Source of the DNA: Myxococcota bacterium
Lineage (GTDB): Bacteria > Myxococcota_A > UBA9160 > UBA4427
Direction: 5' to 3'
Assembly: GCA_965250285.1 (NCBI GenBank)
Contig: OZ252299.1
Location: forward strand, 2,592,001 to 2,656,000
Length of the DNA stretch: 64,000 bases
The position numbers and the translations under genes were made by a program. Under the pieces are notes generated by a model, which saw only the letters and a program-made list of their open reading frames with translations, was not told the origin of the DNA and did no database searches. Positions 19,816-29,155 of the stretch are shown here, piece after piece (position 1 is the first letter of the stretch; every line of letters begins with the position of its first letter).

Positions 19816-21993
19816 ATGACACGTTCGCTCCGACACCGAATTGCATCGCCGCACGGCCGCTTCGCGCATACGACGCCGCTCCACTGGGCGCTGCTGCTGC
19901 TCGCGACGCTCGGCCTCGCCGCGTGCTCGAACGAAGGCAGCGCGCCGAGCGAGACGGAGGCCGAGACGGGCTCGGCCAGCATCTTCTTGACCGATGCGCC
20001 GAGCGATGACTTCGACCAGATCCTGGTCACGATCGAGCGCCTCGAGCTCATCGGCGGTGGCAGCCCCGTCACGATCTTCACGGGCGAAGAGACGGTCGAC
20101 CTCAAGGAGCTCGAGAACTTCTCGGATCTCTTCCTGCACGCCGACCAGATCCCGGCACGCACCTACAGCAAGATCCGCATGGGTGTGAGTCGCGTCGAGC
20201 TCGTGAGCGTCGACGACGACGGCGTCGAAGAGCGCTACGACGCCGACGTCCCAGCGAACGGCAAGATCGATCTCAACCCGCAAGGGCCCTTTACCGTCAG
20301 CCCCGGCGTCGACCTCGTCATCGAGATCGACATGGATGCGAAGAAGTCGATCCACATCGTCGAGACCGGCCAGGGCGACCGCTACAAGTTCCGCCCGGTC
20401 GTCTTCGTCACGATCCGCGACACGATGACGCCGCGCAAGCTCGCACGCGTGCACGGCGAGATCACCGAGATCATCGACGACCAGGTCTTCGAGCTCTGCT
20501 CGACGCGCTTCATGGCTACGCCGGACGATCACGTGTCCGCCCCCGAGACCGAAGAAGGCGGCCTCGGTGATCGACACCGCTGCATCCTCGTCGAGCACGA
20601 CGACGCCACGGGCATCTTCGACGAGAACGGCGATCCCGTCGGGCCTTCCGACCTGATGGAAGAAGACGCGGTGACGGTGATCGGCCGGTTCCACGTGGTC
20701 GACGCCAACTACGGCGACCCCGAGATGATGCCCGACAGCGAAGCGGTGCCGTCGGCGGCCTATGCGCAGCTCGCGCACGGCGGGCCGCCCGGGCTCGCGC
20801 GCAACTCGGACAAGGACTCGAAGTCGAAGAGCGACTCCGATTCGAAGTCGAAGAGTGACAAGAAGAGCGACAAGGACTCGAGCAGCAAGAGCGACTCGGA
20901 TTCGAAGTCGAAGAGTGACTCCGACTCGGATTCGGACGGTGGCGGCGACAAGCCGCCCCCGGTCGAGCTCGTGCTGCTCGCCTACGTGATCGAGATCGGT
21001 GAGCCGGGCACCTTCCTGTCGCTGAGCGGCGTCGTCGAGTCGGAGGTCGTCGGCGACGAGTTCGACTTCGCGATCGACCCGGGCCAGGGCTTCGGCGACT
21101 CGAGCGTCGTCACCGCTCTGCTCCAGGACGGCACCCGCATCTTCACGCGGGGCGGCTACGAGGTCGACGAGTCGGAGCTCATCCCGGACACCCTCGCCAA
21201 GGTCGATGGCGTGTTCGCATCGCTGTCGGGTGATCCGTCGGTGCTGAAGACGGCCCTGATCGTGCTCGACATCGAGCCCGACTTCGACGACGAGGTACGC
21301 GGCGAGATCATCGAGATCGAAGACGACATCATGCGCCTGATCGTCGACGACGAGGGCGACGAGCCCTGCGTCGACGCCGACGACGACACGATCGTGCTGC
21401 TGCTCGACGAAGGCGAGGAGGGTGCGAGCACCTCACGCGGCGAGTTCGACGACCTGATGGTCGGATGGCGCGTCGAGGCGTATGGCGACGGCGAAGGCGC
21501 CGAGTGCCTCGCGGCCGACGTCATCGTGGCGTACCCGGGCGGCACGACGCCCGTCGCCTGCGCCGCCAATGACGACTGTGAAGAAGGCGAGTTCTGTGAG
21601 AAGGTCGACGGCATGTGCGAAGCCGAGGGCGTGTGCGCGCCGGTGCCCGACGCCTGCACGCTCGAGTTTGCGCCGGTCTGCGGGTGCGACGACGTGACCT
21701 ACTCGAACGCCTGCGCGGCGAATGCGTCGGGCGTCTCGGTGGCAGCCGAAGGCCAGTGCGAGCCGCCGCCGGTTGCGTGCACGTCGAACGATGCGTGCGG
21801 CGACGGCGAGTTCTGCGAGAAGCCCGAAGGCCTTTGTGATGGCGAGGGCGTCTGTGTCGAGACTCCCGACGTCTGCCCCGACGTCTTCGCCCCGGTCTGC
21901 GGCTGCGACGACCAGACTTATGGCAACGCCTGCGAGGCCGCGGCCGCCGGCGCCAGCATTGCGAGCGTCGGCGCGTGCGTCAGCGAGCCGTGA
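19816..21993 (+). CDS. DUF4382-like lipoprotein with Ser/Asp/Lys repeat and two Kazal-type domains
   Basis: LAAC lipobox; LTDAP...KSIH...FRPV; two PVCGCDxxTYxNAC motifs; start re-picked at 19816. Confidence 0.8.
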   Translation: MTRSLRHRIASPHGRFAHTTPLHWALLLLATLGLAACSNEGSAPSETEAETGSASIFLTDAPSDDFDQILVTIERLELIGGGSPVTIFTGEETVDLKELENFSDLFLHADQIPARTYSKIRMGVSRVELVSVDDDGVEERYDADVPANGKIDLNPQGPFTVSPGVDLVIEIDMDAKKSIHIVETGQGDRYKFRPVVFVTIRDTMTPRKLARVHGEITEIIDDQVFELCSTRFMATPDDHVSAPETEEGGLGDRHRCILVEHDDATGIFDENGDPVGPSDLMEEDAVTVIGRFHVVDANYGDPEMMPDSEAVPSAAYAQLAHGGPPGLARNSDKDSKSKSDSDSKSKSDKKSDKDSSSKSDSDSKSKSDSDSDSDGGGDKPPPVELVLLAYVIEIGEPGTFLSLSGVVESEVVGDEFDFAIDPGQGFGDSSVVTALLQDGTRIFTRGGYEVDESELIPDTLAKVDGVFASLSGDPSVLKTALIVLDIEPDFDDEVRGEIIEIEDDIMRLIVDDEGDEPCVDADDDTIVLLLDEGEEGASTSRGEFDDLMVGWRVEAYGDGEGAECLAADVIVAYPGGTTPVACAANDDCEEGEFCEKVDGMCEAEGVCAPVPDACTLEFAPVCGCDDVTYSNACAANASGVSVAAEGQCEPPPVACTSNDACGDGEFCEKPEGLCDGEGVCVETPDVCPDVFAPVCGCDDQTYGNACEAAAAGASIASVGACVSEP
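20806..20937 (+). repeat. In-frame Ser-Asp/Ser-Lys low-complexity repeat
   Basis: SDKDSKSKSDSDSKSKSDKKSDKDSSSKSDSDSKSKSDSDSDSD. Confidence 0.9.
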
Positions 21994-22017
21994 TCGATAC
22001 GACGCCGACCCGGTCGA

Positions 22018-23112
22018 TCATTCCGACGCGATCGGCTCGGGTCGGCTGACCCAACCCACCAGGTCGTCGGGTGCGCCGCCCCAGTCGGTGGCGTCGCGGT
22101 TTCGGTTCGGGCCGAACGAGTACACGAAGATGGCGCGACGACTCCCGTCGTCGGCGCACATGTGCTTGATCCAGTAGGGCGAGCCCCAGGGATCGATGAA
22201 GTAGCGAGCGCGCTCTTCGGGGAGACCCGAACCGACCAGCGACGCGAACTGCCCCTCGTACATGTGATCGAGGCCATAGTCGACGACGTGGGTGTAGACC
22301 CGCTTGTGGATCCCGCACCGAGTGCGCGTGCGCGACGACGAGTAGTCCTGACGCAGCGCCTCGAGCTCGGCACGGGCCTCTTCGAGGTGGGCCGGCGAAA
22401 CGGCCGCGAATGCTGACCAGAGCGTGGCCGTTGCGGCGCCCAGCGCCACCGCAGAGAGCGCGGCGACCCCGATGCGGCGAACGAGGCTCGCTCCCGACGG
22501 CTCGACCGCTGCGAGCTGCGCGACCCCCGAGCACAGCATGCCGAGCCCCAGCATCGCCTCGGCCCACTCACCGGCGTAGTCGATCGGGTAGACGTCGTAG
22601 ACGATGGCCGTGGCCGCAAACGGGCCGACGACCCAGGCGGGCGGCACGTCGACGCCGATTCGGTCGAGCAGCGCAGACGCACGCGAGAACATCGCGATGG
22701 CGGGGAGCGCCACGCCGTAGCCGATCACGATCAAGAGAAACGCCGCTTGGCGCAGGTCGCTATCGGTGACGTTGTGCAGGTTGATCTCTTGCTGGAAGTT
22801 GTTCGCGAGAAAGTACTCGGGTGAACGCAGTCCGAGCAGCCGCTGGCCCCACGAGATCTCCTCCATCGCGACGAACACGCAGAAGAGCGCGATCCCCGCG
22901 GCGAACCAGGGCCAGGGTCGACCGCCCCGCCGCTGGGCGAGGGTCAGGCGCGCATACGCCACCGCGGCGAGGATGAACGCCCAGAACGTCGCCCACTCGA
23001 GCGCTTCGTCCTCCTGCGCGAGTCGATCGAAGCGATCGGGTGCGAAGTGCTCGAGACCGAACGCGAGGGCGAGCAGCGCGGCGAAGATCAGCTGGACGAG
23101 GATCGCAGCCAT
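22018..23112 (-). CDS. Multi-pass membrane protein (EEISWGQR motif) with GspG-like C-terminus
   Basis: About 7 TM helices; EEISWGQR...QQEINLHN; DPWGSPY...YSFGPN. Confidence 0.7.
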   Translation of the reverse strand: MAAILVQLIFAALLALAFGLEHFAPDRFDRLAQEDEALEWATFWAFILAAVAYARLTLAQRRGGRPWPWFAAGIALFCVFVAMEEISWGQRLLGLRSPEYFLANNFQQEINLHNVTDSDLRQAAFLLIVIGYGVALPAIAMFSRASALLDRIGVDVPPAWVVGPFAATAIVYDVYPIDYAGEWAEAMLGLGMLCSGVAQLAAVEPSGASLVRRIGVAALSAVALGAATATLWSAFAAVSPAHLEEARAELEALRQDYSSSRTRTRCGIHKRVYTHVVDYGLDHMYEGQFASLVGSGLPEERARYFIDPWGSPYWIKHMCADDGSRRAIFVYSFGPNRNRDATDWGGAPDDLVGWVSRPEPIASE

Positions 23113-23218
23113 GGCCCTTCCGAATTCGAGATCGCGCTGGTGGCGCACGCCGAGCATCGCATCCCGACGACGCGTGCGCCCGCGCGGCGACGAGATCATG
23201 GCCGGCTAGACTTTGGCC

Positions 23219-23668
23219 ATGCCCGAGTTCCCCCGCGATGAGATCGAAGAGGCCTATCACGCCTTCGTCGCCGCCGGCGATGCACAGGATTGGGACGCAT
23301 GGACCGACCTGCACACCGAGGACGGCCTCTGGGTCGAACACCACCTGGGCACGTTTCGCGGCCGCGCAGAGATTCGCGCCGCCATCCACGGCGCCATGGC
23401 GGCGGCGCCGCCGATGCTCTTTCCCGTCGAGTGGCACGTGATCGAGGGCAACCGCGTGGTCTACTACCCCTGGCAGGTGTTTTCCGACCCGACCGGCGGT
23501 GACGCGGTCTATCGGTTCGGCTGCGTCACGATCCTCGAGTACGCCGGCGACGGGCTCTGGTCGTACCAAGAAGACCTGTACAACCCGCGCGAGGGCGAGA
23601 CGGTCGTAAAGGCGTGGCTCGAAGCGGGCGGGCGCCTGCCTGGCGCCGATCAGGATTCTTCGAGGTAG
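23219..23668 (+). CDS. SnoaL/NTF2-like protein
   Basis: WTDLHTEDG...GTFRGRAEI and EDLYNP pattern. Confidence 0.8.
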   Translation: MPEFPRDEIEEAYHAFVAAGDAQDWDAWTDLHTEDGLWVEHHLGTFRGRAEIRAAIHGAMAAAPPMLFPVEWHVIEGNRVVYYPWQVFSDPTGGDAVYRFGCVTILEYAGDGLWSYQEDLYNPREGETVVKAWLEAGGRLPGADQDSSR

Positions 23669-25050
23669 CCGAGCACGCCGAGCTGAAGGCGCGTCTCGGC
23701 ATCGAGCGCGCGGTCTTCGCGCGCTGGCCCGGCCGCCCGTGACTCGTCTCGCATCGCCTCGGCGGTGGCGCGCATGCGCTGAGCCCGCTCGGCGAGCCCG
23801 CCTGTGAGCTCGAGGGGACGCTGCTCTCGGGGATCGTTCTCGAGATCGAAGAGCCGCTCGTCGCCGCGCGGCCCGCGCGTCCACTTGTAGGGCCAGTCGA
23901 TCAGTCCGAGGCGATCGTGTCCATACAGCATGCTCTCGAGCAGAACCGGGCTCGGCCCGTGGACTTCGACCTGTTCGCGCGGCCCCGCGAGCCGGCGTCC
24001 GCCCGACGGTTCGCCCGGCAATGCGGCGTCGAGGATCGTCGCGTGGACGTCCCGCAGTGAGACGGGCGCGTCGGCGCGACCGGGCTCGATCCAACCGGGG
24101 GCACGCAAGAGCAGCGGCACGTGAATCAGCTCGTGATGCAGCGCATGCCCGTGCTCGAAGCCGCCGTGATCGAGCAGCTCCTCGCCGTGATCCGAGGTGA
24201 GCACGAAGAGCGTGCGGTCTGCGAGGCCGCGCTCCTCGAGCCCTTCGATCAGCAACCCGATGCCTGCGTCGAGATAGCGCACCTCTTCGTCGTACACGGC
24301 GCGCAGATAGCGGCGATCGCCGCGCGTGAGTTCGCCTGCGCGGGCGCGCACCTTCTGCGGCGCGGCGACCGGCGTCTCGAGCTGCGTCGACAGGTCGGCC
24401 GAGAACGTGTCGCCGAACGGCTCCGGTGCGTCGTAGGGCAGGTGAGGATCGAAGTAGTGGATCCACAGAAAGAAGGGCCGGTCGTCGGTGCGGCGATCGA
24501 GCCAGGCGAGCGCCCGGCGCGTGACCTGGGGCGCCGTCGCGTCAGGCCCGAGAACGGCGAACGTGTCGAAGCCCCGCTCGAAGCCCGAGCCCCGCGTCAG
24601 CACCACGTTCGTCACGATGGCGGCGGTCTCGAAACCGGCCGTCGACAGCGTCTCGGCGAGCATCGGCAGCCCGCGGTCGGGCTTCGCGAAGACCTTGCGT
24701 CCCTTCTTCAGAACGATCTGACCGCGATCGTTGCGCTTCAGCTCGCCGGCGCGATGACGCGAGGGCCATTCGCCCGTGAAGAGCGTGCCCATGCTGGGCG
24801 CAGTCCAGGGCGACGGCGCGTAGGCACGATCGAAGACGAGCGCATCTTCCGCGAACTCATCGATGTTCGGCGACGTGGGGCGCTTCGCGCCGTGCAAACC
24901 GAGATGATCGGCCCGGAGCGTGTCGACGACGACGAGCACGACGCCATCGACCGAGCGTTCGGGCGGCGCATCGCGGCAGCCGGCGACCGCGAGTGCGGCG
25001 AGGAGCGCGAGCCCACAGCATCGAGCCCGGCGGCTCGTTCGACCTCTCAT
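23650..25050 (-). CDS. Sulfatase-like lipoprotein
   Basis: VAGC lipobox; VDTLRADHL, PWTAPS, DPHLPY, SDHGEE and EHGH motifs. Confidence 0.85.
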   Translation of the reverse strand: MRGRTSRRARCCGLALLAALAVAGCRDAPPERSVDGVVLVVVDTLRADHLGLHGAKRPTSPNIDEFAEDALVFDRAYAPSPWTAPSMGTLFTGEWPSRHRAGELKRNDRGQIVLKKGRKVFAKPDRGLPMLAETLSTAGFETAAIVTNVVLTRGSGFERGFDTFAVLGPDATAPQVTRRALAWLDRRTDDRPFFLWIHYFDPHLPYDAPEPFGDTFSADLSTQLETPVAAPQKVRARAGELTRGDRRYLRAVYDEEVRYLDAGIGLLIEGLEERGLADRTLFVLTSDHGEELLDHGGFEHGHALHHELIHVPLLLRAPGWIEPGRADAPVSLRDVHATILDAALPGEPSGGRRLAGPREQVEVHGPSPVLLESMLYGHDRLGLIDWPYKWTRGPRGDERLFDLENDPREQRPLELTGGLAERAQRMRATAEAMRDESRAAGPAREDRALDAETRLQLGVLGYLEES

Positions 25051-25105
25051 GGCGAGGACGGTACGCCGTCGGGCTCGGAGCTGCACGGTGGCTCGGCTGT
25101 CGGCC

Positions 25106-26284
25106 TCAGTCCTGGAAGCGGCTCTTCTCGGGACCGATCTGCGCGACGAGCGGGGCGAGCTTCTCTTCGTCGAAGCCGAAGATGCGCGCCTCGTTCTTGC
25201 CGAGGATCGCGGCGATGTCGTCGTCGGGCAGCCCGCGCAGCGACTCGGTCATCTGGTCGAGGGTGTGCGGCCAGCTGCCTTCGGGATGCGGATAGTCCGA
25301 GCCCCAGCAGAGCGACTCGACGCCGATCTCATGTCGACGCAGCGCCTCCTTGCGCGGCATGCACGACGCACCGATCGAGATATTCCGGCGGAAGTAGTCA
25401 CTGGGCTTCATCGACAGATGGCTCGTGTAGTCGCCGAGCTTGGCGCTGAACGGCGTGTCCTCGTAGCGAAAGTCCATGAGCTCGAGCAGCTCGGGCACCC
25501 AGATCGCGGTGCCCTCGGTGACCTGCATCTTGAGGCGCGGGAACCGCTCGAAGACGCCGCCCCAGATCATGTGCGCCACCGGGCGCGACACCCACCACGC
25601 CACCTCGGTGATGTAGATGCCGACCATGCCCTGCCCTTCGCCGAAGTCGGTCATCGGCGCCGGACCCGAGTGGAACGTCACGACGAGCTCGAGCTCTTCG
25701 CAGACGCGCCAGAACGGGTCGTACTTCGGATCCTGGTAGCTCGGGTACGAGCCCCAGAGCGGCGGCAGCATCACGCCGCGCAGCCCGTTCTCCTTCGCCC
25801 ACTTCGCCTCGGCGACCGCCGTGTCGACGTCCCACAAGATCGGCACGATGGCGATGCCCGCGCGGCGCTCGGGCGCCATCTGACAGAGTTCGGCCAGCCA
25901 GCGGTTGTGCGACCGCGCGCCCGCCCACTGCAGGTCGGCGGTGATGCCCTCGGTCGGCAGCGAGAGGCCCGCGCCGAACGGCGGCATGTTCATCTCGGTG
26001 ATGCCGTCGGGGTAGATGACCTCGGCGGCGATGCCGTCGCCGTCGAGCACCTTGATGCGCTGGTCATGATCCCAGGCGCCGGTGAGCTCGCGCTCGATGC
26101 CCTGGCGCCACTGGTCGTTGATCTCGTCGACGAGGAACTTCTTGGCAGCCTCGCGTGTCGCCTCGAGCTGAATCGGCAGAGCGGCGTCGAAGATCTCGCG
26201 GAACTCGGGATCGAGGTAGTCGCGGTACTTCTCGGGCGGCAGGCCGGCGTGGCAATCAGCAGAAATGACGAGATAGCGATCCAT
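25106..26284 (-). CDS. Amidohydrolase-2 family protein
   Basis: SADCH, FHSG, GVFERFPRL and WGSDYPHPEG motifs. Confidence 0.9.
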   Translation of the reverse strand: MDRYLVISADCHAGLPPEKYRDYLDPEFREIFDAALPIQLEATREAAKKFLVDEINDQWRQGIERELTGAWDHDQRIKVLDGDGIAAEVIYPDGITEMNMPPFGAGLSLPTEGITADLQWAGARSHNRWLAELCQMAPERRAGIAIVPILWDVDTAVAEAKWAKENGLRGVMLPPLWGSYPSYQDPKYDPFWRVCEELELVVTFHSGPAPMTDFGEGQGMVGIYITEVAWWVSRPVAHMIWGGVFERFPRLKMQVTEGTAIWVPELLELMDFRYEDTPFSAKLGDYTSHLSMKPSDYFRRNISIGASCMPRKEALRRHEIGVESLCWGSDYPHPEGSWPHTLDQMTESLRGLPDDDIAAILGKNEARIFGFDEEKLAPLVAQIGPEKSRFQD

Positions 26285-26341
26285 GGTGTCTTCCTCTCGC
26301 GATGGGGCGCGCGCGGCGTCCGTTCGCGTCGGTGGATGGAT

Positions 26342-27352
26342 TCAGCCGAGCTTCGCGGCTTCGGGGTCGAGGGTGATCCGCTTGCGTCCTGCCGGCGGAG
26401 CGGCGTCGGCCGCGCCGGGTGAGTAGAACTGCTTCACCCAGCGCCGGAAGGTCGAGAGCAGCTTGTCCTCTTCGCAGAACACGGGCTCCGAAAGATGCAC
26501 CTTGTTGGCCCACACGCGCCAGTCGTCCATCACGCCGCTCGTGATGTTGGCGATCCACTCTTCGCCGGCGACGTCGGCGAGGTTTCGGGTGCAGGTGAGC
26601 AGCCACCGCGAGACCGTGGTCTCGCGATCGATGGGCGACGTCGAGGAGTACATGTAGAGCCCGCAGCTCGGGATCCCGCGGCTCTCGACGCTGTTGAGCC
26701 CCATGTTCCACGTCTCGCGGATGAGCTCCATGTCGAACTCGCCGACGGGGGTCTCCTGGGTCGAGTACGAAACCGCGCGCATGCGCCGCCCGTCGTCGTA
26801 GAGCTCAACGTCGCTCGCGGGCACGTCGGTCATGCTGTGCACGTACTGGAAGTGCACCGGGTCGAGGTTGTTCTCGGCCATGTCCTGGATGTGCACCGGG
26901 ATCGTGACCTCGAAGTGCCGGGGCTCGATCCAATCCGCGTCGTTCAGCTGGGGCACCTCGGGAAAGTCCCACTCGGGCAGCTTCTCTTCGAGGTGGTACC
27001 AGACGAAGATCATCATGTTGCGCTCGACGACCTGCCAGCTGCGCACCTTCGCCTTCTGGGGGATGCGATCACAGTACGGGATGGTCGAGCACTGACCCGT
27101 CTCGCCGTCGTACTGCCAGCCGTGGAACGGGCAGCGGATGGTCTCGCCCATCACCCGGCCGCCCTCGCCGAGATGCGCGCCGAGATGGGGACAGTAGGCC
27201 GAGAGCACGCGCGCCTTGCCCGACCGCGTGCGGAAGAGCACGAGCTCGTGCTCGAAGTAGCGAATGCGCTTCACCTCGCCCGGTCCGACGTCGCGACTGA
27301 AGGCGACGGCATACCAGCCGTTGGGGATGCCCGGATCCTGATGCTCGATCAT
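26342..27352 (-). CDS. Rieske non-heme iron oxygenase, KshA/Neverland-like
   Basis: CPHLGAHL and CPFHGW Rieske ligands; ENNLDPVHFQYVH and DWRVWANK. Confidence 0.85.
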   Translation of the reverse strand: MIEHQDPGIPNGWYAVAFSRDVGPGEVKRIRYFEHELVLFRTRSGKARVLSAYCPHLGAHLGEGGRVMGETIRCPFHGWQYDGETGQCSTIPYCDRIPQKAKVRSWQVVERNMMIFVWYHLEEKLPEWDFPEVPQLNDADWIEPRHFEVTIPVHIQDMAENNLDPVHFQYVHSMTDVPASDVELYDDGRRMRAVSYSTQETPVGEFDMELIRETWNMGLNSVESRGIPSCGLYMYSSTSPIDRETTVSRWLLTCTRNLADVAGEEWIANITSGVMDDWRVWANKVHLSEPVFCEEDKLLSTFRRWVKQFYSPGAADAAPPAGRKRITLDPEAAKLG

Positions 27353-27430
27353 CGATCTTCCCTCTCGAGATCGCAGCGCGACGCGGTGGGGCTTGCGGCT
27401 TCGCACCCACCGACGTCGCACCGCGCGGTT

Positions 27431-28075
27431 TCAAGCGCTCGGTGGCGCCGTCGCAAACGCCCGCGCGAGAAACGCGGCGCTCGCCTGCGCGCGCTCGCGC
27501 ACGGGGTAGTCGGGCAGGTAGGCCCAGTTGAACGTCAGGGTGTAGTAGGTGCCCTGGAGCATCTCGGTCAGCGTCTCGACGTCGAGCGCCGGGTCGACGT
27601 CGCCGCGCTCGAGCCCGTCGACGACGAGGCCCTTGAAGGCGTCGTGCAGCAGGCGAGCGCGCTGGGTCTCGTCACCCACCGTGTGACCGACCGCGACGAT
27701 CTCGGCGAGCAGCTCGCGGTACATCGGCCCACGCTCGTCCATCTCGTCGACCAGCTCGCTGAAGAACGACGTGAGCTTGTCGGCGAGCGGCGCATCGCCG
27801 AGGCGCACCTCTTCGAGCGACTCGACGAGATACTCGAGCCCATCGATCGCAAAGCTCTCGAGCAGCTGCTTCTTGCTCGAGAAGTGATTGAAGAAGGTCT
27901 TCTCGGCGACGTCGGCCTGCTCACAGATCTCGACGATGGTCGTGGCGTCGATGCCGTGGGTCGCAAAGAGATCGCGCGCGGCGTCGAGAATGCGCTCGCG
28001 CACCTCGAGCTTGCGCCGCTCGCGACGCGAGAGAACGACCTCGGGCGGGGCTGTCGCGGGGGCGGGGGCCGACAT
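27431..28075 (-). CDS. TetR/AcrR family regulator
   Basis: SRRERRK...ADVAEKTFFNHFSSK HTH. Confidence 0.9.
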   Translation of the reverse strand: MSAPAPATAPPEVVLSRRERRKLEVRERILDAARDLFATHGIDATTIVEICEQADVAEKTFFNHFSSKKQLLESFAIDGLEYLVESLEEVRLGDAPLADKLTSFFSELVDEMDERGPMYRELLAEIVAVGHTVGDETQRARLLHDAFKGLVVDGLERGDVDPALDVETLTEMLQGTYYTLTFNWAYLPDYPVRERAQASAAFLARAFATAPPSA

Positions 28076-28134
28076 CGCGCTCAGCCTACCACATCCTTAC
28101 AGCTGACTGCATCGATTCACTGTGCTGAATTCTC

Positions 28135-29076
28135 TCAGTCAGCCGTACCGCCGCCCTCGCCCCCCAGGGTAGCCGCGCTGGCGTCCCCGGGTGGGCCAGC
28201 CGATTCGGGCGCCGCACGGCCGAGCAGCGGGATCGCGATGCCCGCCATCATCAACAGCCCGCCCGCGACCTCGCGCCACGAAGGCGGGGTCTCGAGCGCG
28301 ACCCAGGCAACGACCAGCGTGACGGGCGGCGCCGCCAGGGTCGCCAGGGTCGTGAGTCGGGCCTCGATCGTGCGGGATGAGAGCATCATGCAGAGCCGCC
28401 CCGCGAAGGGCCCGACGACGCCGGCCGCGACCGACCCGACGATCTGAGTGCTCGGCGCATCGAAGAGCGAGTCGGGGACGCCGTTCACGACGAACCACAT
28501 GCCGATCGCGAGCCAGAGCCGGACGCCGTTCACGGCGACGAGGTCGACCTGCTGCGCGAAGCGACGGGTCACGATCACCATCGAGCCGAAGAGACACGAC
28601 GCGACCACAGCCCAGCGCATGCCCACGGCGCCCGGGTGGAGATCGTCGAAGGGATCCTGCAGCACGAGCAGGCCGCCCAGGGCCACGATCAGCCCGATCC
28701 AGAAGCGCGCATTCACGCGCTCGCCCAGCAGCGGCCAGGCCACGAGCGCGACGAAGACCGCTTCGCTGCGCTGCACGACGGTCAGAACAGAGGGCGAGAT
28801 CGTCTGCACGGCCACGGCGCTCACGTGATTGCCGGCCAGGCTCAGCACCGCGAGCAGAGCCGCGACGATCCAGTCGAAGCGCCGCAGCGAGGGCAGGCTG
28901 CCGTGCTGCACGATCGTGACGGCCGTGCTCAGCACGGCGGCCGTCGTCAGCAGGAAGAGCGCGCTCACGGCCGGATCGCCGACCGCGTTCGCCGCCTTCC
29001 AGGGCACCGAGAAGAAGCCGATGCAGACCGCGCCGCAAAGGGCCCAGACGACGCCGGGGGGCTGGCTGGCTCGCAC
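28135..29076 (-). CDS. DMT/EamA family transporter
   Basis: About 10 TM helices in two repeats; LLGER motif. Confidence 0.8.
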   Translation of the reverse strand: MRASQPPGVVWALCGAVCIGFFSVPWKAANAVGDPAVSALFLLTTAAVLSTAVTIVQHGSLPSLRRFDWIVAALLAVLSLAGNHVSAVAVQTISPSVLTVVQRSEAVFVALVAWPLLGERVNARFWIGLIVALGGLLVLQDPFDDLHPGAVGMRWAVVASCLFGSMVIVTRRFAQQVDLVAVNGVRLWLAIGMWFVVNGVPDSLFDAPSTQIVGSVAAGVVGPFAGRLCMMLSSRTIEARLTTLATLAAPPVTLVVAWVALETPPSWREVAGGLLMMAGIAIPLLGRAAPESAGPPGDASAATLGGEGGGTAD

Positions 29077-29155
29077 CGATTCGCCTCGTGCGTGGCCGCG
29101 CTGCGGCCGGAGAGGCGAGCTTAGGGCTGCGCCGCGACCCGCGAAAGCGACGGGC

